64,000 bases of DNA from Negaprion brevirostris (Eukaryota): the NCBI GenBank assembly GCA_030324005.1, contig JARDVH010000124.1:33723423-33787422 (forward strand), read 5' to 3'. A program made the translations under genes and the position numbers. Under the pieces are notes generated by a model. That model did not search any database, was not told where the DNA came from, and saw only the letters and a list, made by a program, of their open reading frames with translations. Positions 52,979 to 64,000 of the stretch are shown here, piece by piece. Position 1 is the stretch's first letter. The number at the start of each line of letters is the position of its first letter.

Positions 52979-55900
52979 GCTTTGCACACATATACATCCG
53001 AAATGAATGAAGAGTGTCGAACGTTCCACCCGCCCCCCCCCCCCAAAAGTGAACCCCGCAAACACATTTCAATAATTCACTACAATGCGGTTACTACATT
53101 GATTCAGACAGATTTATGGGCTCTTTATTGTCAAATATTGTTGGAATTATCTAGTTGAAAATCATATTGGGGAGAGTGTGACAGTTGCGCTGTGAAATGC
53201 TAGGTGGTGGTGGTGGCTGGGGGGGAGGGTAACATTATCCGGATNNNNNNNNNNNNNNNNNNNNNNNNNNNNGGGGGGGGGGGGGGGCGGGTGAGCCATC
53301 TAGCAACCGCTGTTGGACAAAGGGAGAGGAGCCAGGAGCTTGCGGGATTGAATCCGATTTGCATGGTGCAGCCAAAGACCTCCCGAAGTAACGATTCCCC
53401 TTATTATGTGGAGTGTTCCTTTTGTAAATTTACGGTGAGGGTTGAATGATACACAGAATTTGCATATAAATAGCGACATCAAGCGATTCGCGTGCCACAC
53501 ACCAGCGGTCTCCCAGATGTCAAGCCAAAGTCAGTCAGATGGCCATTGCCCAGCCCCAAGTCCCCCCGCGCCAGCTGGTCCTCCACTCTCTGTCATACCA
53601 GAGCACACAGAGAAGGAACACAATCGCCAGCCAAACACACTGCTTTTCACCAAATCTCCAGCCTCGCCTTTAGCTTTAACCCTCAACCCTGTTTTACAAA
53701 CGCTCTTGTTTCTTTTTGCATGGGCAAGCCTTTGTTCAGGCTACCTAAAGTCTAGTGGTTTGGGATGACCGCCTTTAACCACCAACCCCCACCAGCACCC
53801 CCCCCCCGCTCCCTCCCCAAATTAAAAATAAGGAAATCGATGTCTCCTGAATAATCACAAANNNNNNNNNNNNNNNNNNNNNNNNNNNNNNNNNNNNNNN
53901 NNNTACTCTCTGGCGGTGTGTTCCTATTTTGTGTTTTTTATGTTTCAAAAAGGGGAATACTTAAATTGTACAACATCTTCGCCCGCTCAAGGCAATTTAG
54001 CGCACAAATCAAAGCAGTTTCCAAATATATATACATAAATATATTATCTATGTATCTATCTATATATATATAAGCAACAAATTGTATAGCGCGCGTGTCA
54101 AACTTGCGATGAAGGATTACACAAAGGACTGGGGATAGTAACTTAAAACAAACCACTAACTAACACGTGCCACCCCCTCCCAACCCCCGCGCACCCCTCA
54201 AAAGGGCACAATAGTAACCATTCTGACAGTGCATTGATATTAAATGTCACACAAGTTAACTGATCGATTCAAATATTTTGCTTTTTTTAAAAGTTAGATA
54301 GATTTTATGACAGAACTTTTCTTGAAAATAACGCACAATCATAAAATGAGTTTTGCCCACTATTATACTGCTACCGATTGGGAAATTTATTTGATTCTGG
54401 TCAATTAAAAACCGTAGTTAGCTGCTGTAAACATGTTTTGTGTTTTTCCTTTGGGGGTGGTGGAAGGGGTTCCGGGGTGGGGGTGTTCAGGAATATCCAT
54501 TCCACTCAGAGCTTGGCAGAGATTTAGCGGAAAGCATGAATCCCTGAATTCACAGTGCAACCTGTAAGGTGCACATTTGACAAATAGCGCCGCCTCGGGA
54601 AGCTCAGAGAGTCGGGTTGTGGGATCAATCCGAACTCCTTCAGTCAGCTCACCAACATCACAACTGCTGAAAGCAGCCCCGCTGATCACCAGCAAGATTT
54701 CTCGAAGCAACTTTCTCCGAACGTCACTCCGAACTTAACAAAAATTATAAGCTTTACACCTACCAACTACCTCGCGCTCCCACCTTCCCAGTGTCTGCTT
54801 TTCATGAGCTGCGATGAATAGAGGACATTTTTGACATGTATAGCGCCCATTAGACAATGCAAATCGGTAACTTTTTTTTGGAGGGAGGGTTGACAGAGGG
54901 GCATGGGTTGACCGCATTTCTGAAAGTTTTGTTTGGACTTCTTGTAGTATGGTGGGGGGTGGAGGGAGGAGGAGGGTTCAAGATGCCGCGGCGTCTATAA
55001 CAATCTTTGCATAATAGCAGTCCTTCAGAAACGCGTGATTTGTTTACAATATGGTATCCCCCCCCCCAGCCCCCCAAACCCCACACATCAGCACTTTCTC
55101 TTGGCCAGATTAAAATACATGCAGCTCGTTTTGTGTTTAGAAACTAAAGGATGACAGAGGGCTTAGGGTAGACCCGGGAAAGCGGCTGGCGCTGCTGGAG
55201 TTTTGTTTGTCCCTTCGAGACATGCCGGTACCAAATGCAGTTTTCGTCCCAACAGTAAAAGTCCAAAGGTTGCCTGATGNNNNNNNNNNNNNNNNNNNNN
55301 GCCGAGTGAACTGTTCTCAACACCCGCTTTCCAAAACTGGTACCTGGAAATATTGGCTTGCGCTGGGTAACACAAGGAAGGCTCAAATAATCGCAAGCAT
55401 CCCCCCTCCACCGCCCCCCACCCAGCCCCACCACCTTTTTTTAAATGCAAGTCTAAAAATACACGGGAAAGAAAGGCAAATATCTCAAACTTGCACACAT
55501 TTCAGACCTATTTGGATAATGGGGCTTTTCTGGGGTGCATTCGGAAGCAATGCATCCAGGTTAATGCTATTTATATGCCGGCTGTTCTGGGATAAAGCTA
55601 ATTTGTATAAAATATCATACAACCACAAGGTTCAGCAATCTGTAACCCTCAGAATCCCAACTTTTTTCCCTCTTCCCTCTCGCTTTTTCCAGCCTCAGGA
55701 AGTTTGATTACAGGGCGCAAATCCCCCAATTCCCGAACCCAGGGTAAAAAAAGGACGGGGGCTGGAACTTGTGCGGGCAAAAATGAATCGATCGCATTGT
55801 TTAAAATATTGTAATGGGCTTTAATGAAACACACTTCGTTTTAATTAATTCTGATACTTTTTTGCAAGCGGTGGGACTTTGATGTCATATTTAATATGTT

Positions 55901-58900
55901 CAATCCAGATGTCGTACCCAGGGTGAGACGTTCGCTGATGGAGTGTGGAGCTTCGATTCAATGCACGGAGGGAAAATGTGTAAAACTGCGTAGTGCTGAC
56001 TGTTATATTCCAATTACAAAACACGGGCTTAAATCCGACTTTCTTTAAATCTCCATTATCTATACACACACACACAAATATATAAAACTTACAAACGTCA
56101 TTTACAATTATAATAAAGTAAGCAATTAGCAACATTCATTACTTTATCAATAACATAACTTTCAGCGCGTGTTTCCATAATGCTATTATACTTTTTTTAA
56201 ACAAAACCTTGCTTGCACTAACATAATTTTAGCCTGCTCTGAAGCGATCCCCTTAACACACTGTCGACTCTCATCGCCCATCTACTGTGGTACAAGATGC
56301 AGTCTAGCAGCGCGCAGGAGAAATGATTTACATTAAAATTTGGTGTATTTTCATACTAATAGAACTATTGATTGGAAAGCTGTTGCCAATTTACTTTTTT
56401 TGCAATGCCACGCCGCAATTTGCATTTATTCAACAGATCCTAATGAAGAAAGAAAGCTGGGCGGTTGTGGCTGCCGAAAGCATAGCTGGGGGGCAATGCG
56501 AGAACATAGATTCCTTCCAGACAATTAATATGCAGTTTGTCCCAATAAAGCACGGAGCGAAAATAAAATCAGACACTGCGGGCTGTTAAAGCTTAGTCAA
56601 CGAGATTTCCAAATTTCTGGTCAGACGCGTGAGCCACCCTAACGGGGAGAAATTTGTTAAACTTACAGAAGATGTTCCCGCACACTGGGATCTGCAAATA
56701 TTGAACAATATCTAAATTATTCAGCACGCGAATTGACTTTTAGGAGGCAGGGATAAAGTTTAATACAGTATCAGATTCGGGGAGATGTTTGCGTGTCAAT
56801 AACTCGCAAGAGGTGACCACTGCAAGTCAGAACAAAGTTTGATTCAAATATACCTGTTTAACAAGATTCATCTGAAAAGGGGGAACAATATTTGTTGTGG
56901 GAAATTGCATGATTGAAACACATATTTAAATATGTTTAATCCGCATTTTAGCAGCTAATTTTTGCTTTTGACAGGAACACATTGTCTTTTATTTAGAATT
57001 AGTGTTCCAACACAGATGGTATCAGTGGATAATGAGATGTGCTAACTTTTTGCAATCAAAGATTGTTACGAACGGATTTGGACAGCGATCAAAAAATTGC
57101 AACCCTCGTACCGCGGTGACAGTGCGCCACCTAAAGCCACCTTGGCGTATAACCAGGATAACAACTTGTAAAGAGCTTAAAACTTAAACAATGCCTCTCT
57201 CATTTTGAAAATATCACACATATTTTACACTTTGTTAATCTTCTAAGGAACAGATTCTGACTAATTATAAATGCAGTTTCTTGATGAGCGCCACCATTAT
57301 TTCACGGATAAACAATCTGCAAGACCAAAAATAAAAATCGCATCCATAGATATATATAATATTTCAAATATGTGTACCGCGTACTCCATAACCAAAAGTG
57401 ACCACTTTCTGATGATTGATTCATAGCAAGATAAAACACCACAATGTTAATGACTTCACCTCCAAACTGATTCCTAGGTGAATGAACGTACCTGAATTCC
57501 AGATCGTTGATGCTGGAGTTTTTTTTTCCCCGGTTTTTAAAACATATAAAATTTTAACATCAATCTGGATTTGAGCTCGATGAACTCAGCTTCACATATT
57601 GTGCATTACTTGTGTTAGAAATGACCACCTTGAATAAATCAACAATACTCCTGACACATCGATCAATGTCTACTTGTTTTCTTTTACAGTTGATTCATGC
57701 CTGTTATAATAACACTTTAACATACTCCGTCCGTCGTTCATGTTGCTACCTACAAAATATGATATAGACTATAGTTTCAATCTTAAAGAGTCAACGACCG
57801 AATGCCTCCACTTAGAGAGGACACCTCTACTTCGATTTCTAAAAAATCAAATAAAACCGCTCGGTATACAACTTTTAATGGATTTGTGTGTGTGTGCGCG
57901 CCGTGTACCACATCATACAAATAATAAAGGGACGCAAAAGGAATAGTTTGAACTGCACAACGTGCCTGAAAGTGAATACAATCCGCATAATGATGTGGCC
58001 AAAAAAATGCTATTAAATGAAACGCAAATGAAATGAAAGTTTCGAAGAAGTTGAACAATGTTATTTACAAATTTTTAATATGATACAGTTATGTATATAT
58101 ATGTACATATACTCCGTATTCATGTATGCAAGCGTGTAAATCCAAATGATCACATTAAAAGTAAATATTCAAAACCTTACATATAGATTGGGAGGTGGTA
58201 ATATATTTGCGAATTAGCTGTGACCTTATAACAAATAATAGCAAAAGGGACATTAAAACACGGCATCAAGAGGAGAGCTAGAGAGAGCCTGTAACTGAGA
58301 CTGTCATGGTATGCCAAGGTAGTGTGAAATCTAGAACATCGCTTACCTTTCCTTTTCATGGACAATTAGACACTAGACAGATTTTCCTTTTGAGCCAAAG
58401 TCGGAACTATTTGCCCGTCATGTTGTGTTTATTTGTGTGATCCTGGGCTACTTTGGTTACTTACAGGGAGAATCTTTGCAATTTCTGCCTGCAACTCAAA
58501 TTGGGGGGGTCGCGTGGCCAGTGCCAAACTCGCTCGGGCGCAAGCGCTGTCTCTGTAGCTGCCCGAGGAGGCGGGACGTTTGGGGACATGCTTGGTGTCT
58601 TTGTCTGTGAAAATGTTCAGAGGAAGGTCGAGCAAATCTTAACATCAACCCTTAGATAAGTGGGGGTTCTGTAGAGTCTTAAGTCGCAGACATCTCTGCC
58701 NNNNNNNNNNNNNNNNNNNNNNNNNNNNNNNNNNNNNNNNNNNNNNNNNNNNNNNNNNNNNNNNNNNNNNNNNNNNNNNNNNNNNNNNNNNNNNNNNNNN
58801 NNNNNNNNNNNNNNNNNNNNNNNNNNNNNNNNNNNNNNNNNNNNNNNNNNNNNNNNNNNNNNNNNNNNNNNNNNNNNNNNNNNNNNNNNNNNNNNNNNNN

Positions 58901-61189
58901 NNNNNNNNNNNNNNNNNNNNNNNNNNNNNNNNNNNNNNNNNNNNNNNNNNNNNNNNNNNNNNNNNNNNNNNNNNNNNNNNNNNNNNNNNNNNNNNNNNCC
59001 CCGGAGTTCAGTTCAAATGTGGCAGCCATCCCCACCAGGGACAGGAACAAGCAGCTTCACAAAACTTCCCCAACACTCACATGTCTGTCATAGAAGCGAG
59101 CACGCCGAGGCATGGAGCTAACACAGTTAGAGAAATGCAACAGATGATACTCAAGTGTCTACACAACATGCATCCACACACACACCATCCACTTTGCATC
59201 GGCTTCTCTTCGTCTTTGTCACGCCGTCTCAGTGAGTGCGAGAAAGTCACCCTCAGCTCACTAGATTCATTCACTCACTTCTTCATAATTAGTACTCTTG
59301 GCATTTTTTGAGGGGCATAGATGTTCAATACTGGCTTTTGATTATTTCAGTTGACATTTGCTACGGTATAAATTCAACTATTTCGAAAAGAATGTCATTT
59401 TGGCGTTGATTATTTAGAATTTTTCAAACCAGTGGAATGAACAGAAATTGATCAAACTTTTAAGGAATGTAAATGTATATTTAGTTTGTCTAAAATATTT
59501 TGAGCAAACGAGAACTCTAAAGTCATACATAGTCAGCAATTTTAACATCAACGTTAAGGGTCCATTGACATTCCACAATTTAATTGTGTGTAGGGTCGCT
59601 TTTGAGTGAGTCACCAACCAACCAAGATGTTCAGATGATGCCAGTAAACCATTAAAGGAAAGTTCAAGTGAATGATAAACATGATCTGAACTTTGAGACA
59701 TAGCAAATATTCTTTAACTCGCAATTCGGTACATGTTTTGTTTCTAGATCATTATTGCCACTCATAGCTAATTAGGAAGCTGATTTTATGACGTCAGAAG
59801 ACATTCAACACTTCGAGAGGCCTGGGACATTCATGTTCCAGGAGTGTATGTTTGTTTCCATGGGAACTCAGACCCTGCATTCAGTGATGGAATTCAGCAC
59901 ACAAGAATGTTTTAAGGTAGCACTGTTTGTTTCCCGGTGAACTCACAGAATAAAGTCATTAAATTCTTAATCAGAAATGTTGTATGTGATATCTTTCATT
60001 TACTGGAACATGTCTTTTATGAGCGATTTCTAATCAAATTTGATACATAAAGGTACTGAGTGTTTTCTTGAATATCTTGCCCCAAATCGGCTTGATTAAG
60101 ATGTCAAAGTTCTAAAGTATAGACACAATATAGGAACATCTATTTGATCAAAGGATGCATCATCTTAAAAGTTAACTTATAAATTGCAGGAGTCATTTTA
60201 AGTTAAAACATTTTTACAGTTTTTGTAGAGTTACATGGTCATCTGTAGTATGCCAGTGTCTCTATGCACTGTGCTGTTGTTTGCAGAATGAAGGTACACT
60301 TCGTTATTGTAACTTTATCAGAAAAAATGGTTTGTGATAGATTATGTAGAAATGTGATGCATTGTGAATGTTACAAGGCCTTTAGAAATAGATTATTGCA
60401 AAGAAATATTGGTCAGAAGTGAGTTCTAATGCAAGGTTGCTAATAGTAATAGTGAACATGTACTCCAACATGTAACGTTGAACCTAAGGTTTTAGAACCA
60501 CTTTGCTGCAAATACTTATTAGGATATTCAGTATTATTGTAACTGTGTATATAAAGTAATACTAAGTCCAACAAATACAAAAGTGTAATTTTTAANNNNN
60601 NNNNNNNNNNNNNNGTCTCTAAAAGATATCTAGCCTTTTTCTGATATCTTAATGGCTAATGACATAACCTTCTCGGTGTTGCCCATTAAATTCCCAAGAA
60701 ATCATTTTGATGCCATGTTGTATTTTATTGTATTAGACAAACAAATAATACAACTTTCTCTGCTGGTTTTGAAAATTGTGTACAGACATTTGCGCATACT
60801 GATTGAACCCCTTTTTTATAACTTAAGTACATGTTTTTGCAAAGATAAAAGTTTAGTATTAAAAATATACATAATCATACAGCATTTTATAATTTACCAA
60901 ATAATTGAAATTATTCTTATAGTTTTGATTTTAGTGTAGTCCTTTGGAAGGCTACAGTGATGGTTTTAATTACAGTTTTAATGGAATAATGTCTTTTAGA
61001 TGGAGGCTAAATATATGAGTAACACTGCAATCAATGCTTCTGAGCAGAACTATGAGCCGGAATACTCCCAAAAAAAGTCTAAGGATGAAGTTCACGTGAA
61101 AACTGAAGCAAGTCACATTGGTTTTCTTCAGCATATGTCCTGAAATGGTCTCCCACACTCTGTGCACGGCAGAGGACACTGCGTGATTA

Positions 61190-63430
61190 TCATTAAAAAA
61201 CAGGGGGTGGGGCCTATTCCCACTGAAGACGCTGAAACTGGCACAATGTGCGGGACCTCGCACATGTGCACATCTCTGGAAGATTGCTAAAAAGACCTCC
61301 TTGCACTGAGATTGCTGGCCTCAACCCCCCACAGACAGCACTGGCCTCATNNNNNNNNNNNNNNNNNNNNNNNNNNNNNNNNNNNNNNNNNNNNNNNNNN
61401 NNNNNNNNNNNNNNNNNNNNNNNNNNNNNNNNNNNNNNNNNNNNNNNNNNNNNNNNNNNNNNNNNNNNNNNNNNNNNNNNNNNNNNNNNNNNNNNNNNNN
61501 NNNNNNNNNNNNNNNNNNNNNNNNNNNNNNNNNNNNNNNNNNNNNNNNNNNNNNNNNNNNNNNNNNNNNNNNNNNNNNCCCCCACCCCCGACACACCTGC
61601 CCCCAGTGACCCAGTAACTCAACCACATGCTGGGGCCACCAGGAGACTCCAAATGCCCTGAGATCTTCTGATTTCCCCCCCCCCCTCCCCCATCCACCCC
61701 ACTTCCTCATACTGAGGCATCTCAATGGTAGCTGGATGAACAGAGTGCAGAAACATCAGTGTCATCCACAAATTGGCCAGGACTCTTCAGGTCTCAGCCA
61801 CCCAGGGCACGGCTGCCAAGGGAATCATAGGCAATTGGATGCAGATCACAGCTGGACACCTCCACCTCCGATGTGCATTGTAGGGGAGCACCTAGATGTT
61901 GCACAAAAGATTAGAAGGTCTTAGGGTCACTAAGAGAGCATGGGTGAAGGTCACTCCTAGTAAGGGTTAAGTTTTGTTAAATGTTAAGAGCACAATAAAC
62001 TGTTATTTGCACCACACAGTTGTGACTCATCTCTGATTCTCCCCCACACCGAGCTGAGCATTCCCTGATCCCATGCATTGAAGCCCAGACTGCTGTGCTG
62101 TGTGATACTGAGCCAAATGTTATAGACTGCCTGATCTACTTCCCCCACCATCTACCGGACCCTTAGTCAGACAGGACCCCCCTGTCATTCTCCTCCACCC
62201 CTCCTTGTTAATGAAAGATTGACCGTCATCTCATGGGTCCCCCAGTGCAATGTGTGTCCCATCCACTGCCCCCTTGACATGGGGCATCTCAGCAATGGCC
62301 ACGAAGCTTGCAGCCTGGGCCTCCTGCTGTGCCTAGCCAACATCAATATTGATATATTGGCCTGCTGGGGCATATAAGGCATCTGTGACCTGGTGAACAG
62401 TGTACTGAGGCCTGTGAGGTCCCATAGAGGTCACCACAGGTTGCCTGAAATAAACCTGTTGCACAGAAGCTAAGGTCCTCTGTCATCTTCTATTAGGAGT
62501 GGGGGCCACCCCTTCCCTCAGGTGCCAGGTGTGTGAGCACCTCATACAAATGCCGGACCATGTCCTTGATTAGGCAGAGCTGGCGATGGCACATAACATC
62601 CGACAGTTCCTTGAACGAATGCCTGATCTGGTACCACCTTTGCCTCTGCACTCTCCTTCTTCGGCCACTCTTTCAGGATATTGCTCTTCCATCTCCTGGC
62701 CTTCAGCAGCAGCCCCCTCCCCTCCTTCCTGAGGGCCTGACATTGGCTGCTCTTGCAGTGCCCTCCCCATGCCCTCCATGTCCTGAGCCGCCACGACGAT
62801 GGCCAGCTCTAAATCAATCAGTCTGAAATCCATTCTGCACAGTGGGGGTTAGAGAGAGAAAGATTGATAGATTCATGTTGTTGNNNNNNNNNNAACCATC
62901 CACCACCACCACCCCCCCCCCCCCCCGCAGGCATGGTCTTTGTGCCCCCTTGAGCCACTGCCATGAGGCAACAACAGCATTCCCTTCCATGCACGTTGGT
63001 GACATGGGGCAGGGACAGACTCCTAATTATCAGAAGGTGGGTTCCCACTCACTGCAGAGTACATGCAGTATGAGTGCCTGAGTTAACCTGAGCATCCAAG
63101 CTCGGAGCGCCATCTGCTTGAACTGATTAGCCTCAAATAGCAAATGGTGCATGTCCCCCTTCCCANNNNNNNNNNNNNNNNNNNNNNNNNNNNNNNNNNN
63201 NNNNNNNNNNNNNNNNNNNNNNNNNNNNNNNNNNNNNNNNNNNNNNNNNNNNNNNNNNNNNNNNNCCCCCCCCGCTCTCCGGCCCCTGGCCCTCCCACTG
63301 AAATCCCACTCAGTCCCTCACCACAGGAGGATCCACTGCATTACTGGATAAAACTGTGCAGGGGGATGTGTAGAACACCCTTCATCTAATCGATGAGCAA
63401 TTTCCTGAAACTGGCCTGGGGATCTTTATG
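61190..63430. mobile_element. Probable extent of the Harbinger transposon remnant
   Basis: GC-rich block with abrupt transitions to AT-rich flanks, surrounding the transposase fossil. TIRs not identified. Confidence 0.5.
62080..62833 (-). pseudogene. Decayed PIF/Harbinger (HARBI1-like) DDE transposase
   Basis: Minus-strand translation across frameshifts: acidic N-terminus (MDFRLIDLE...), YQIRHSFKELSDVMCHRQLCLIKDMVRHL, LSFCATGLFQATCGDLYGTSQASVH, QVTDALY, FVAIAEMPHVKGAVDGTHIAL...FINK. These correspond to the Harbinger F-ATG-FQ...GD-GISQ and GAIDGTH...NRKG motifs. In-frame stops and an internal deletion are present. Confidence 0.85.
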
Positions 63431-64000
63431 TGGAATATTCAAGTGGCTTAATTCTTGGTTCAGAAAATTTGCAAGTCGCCAGTTTCCCATATAGGCAGCT
63501 GGTGGACTTCCAAGGAAAAATGGGCATTCTAAATCAAGCCCAGAAATTGTACCCCCAAGCTAATTTTTCACTGCCCAAAACAAACATTATGGAGGCCAGT
63601 TCCTCCGCCTTTACCTCTTGATCTTCAGTCCGAAGAAATCACATCCAAAACATCATCATAATCCTTTTCACTTTTCACAGGTTGATAGATCTGCTTTTTG
63701 TTTCCAACCTTGTTTGGAAATTAATTGCAGATTTCCATTATGTACAGTTTTTCTGTTTTATTTTTTTCCCTGACTGGCATGTTTTCTCACTACAAAATAG
63801 AAACAGCTTTGCATAACCATCAAATAAAGCAAAATATTAATTTTATTATTTAGCCAGGAGCATATGTGTCACCCATTAAATTGCTGACATTATCCTCTTT
63901 TAAAAAAATAAACTGGGAAATTAATTTCAGATGTTTTGGGTATGACATTACTCCACAATATATAAAAAAATGCTGTAGTTTGATGAGCCTTGGATTAACA

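Overview
Vertebrate genomic DNA, most likely from a shark or other elasmobranch (HE1-type V-SINEs, CR1/HER1-like LINE tails), with many N gaps suggesting a fragmented assembly. The only protein-coding gene I can support is the 5' part of EBF3 (COE-family transcription factor) on the minus strand. Coding exons 1-6 lie between 49783 and 43288, all with canonical GT-AG junctions and a continuous reading frame. Positions 1-43287 appear to be the large intron 6, and I did not find exon 7. Recognisable transposons in this intron cluster at about 18.5-31.6 kb, flanked by repeat-poor DNA with several enhancer-like blocks. A CpG-rich, repeat-free domain (about 44.5-59.2 kb) covers the promoter, and a decayed PIF/Harbinger transposase lies at about 62-63 kb. 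The three most notable observations are: (1) two different Harbinger-type MITEs inserted at the same homologous TTA site in two separate HE1 SINE copies; (2) DPVSLDR replacing the usually conserved DPVIIDR in the EBF3 DNA-binding domain; (3) a protein-like antisense ORF abutting exon 6. Repeat names and protein comparisons come from recalled consensus sequences, not database searches.
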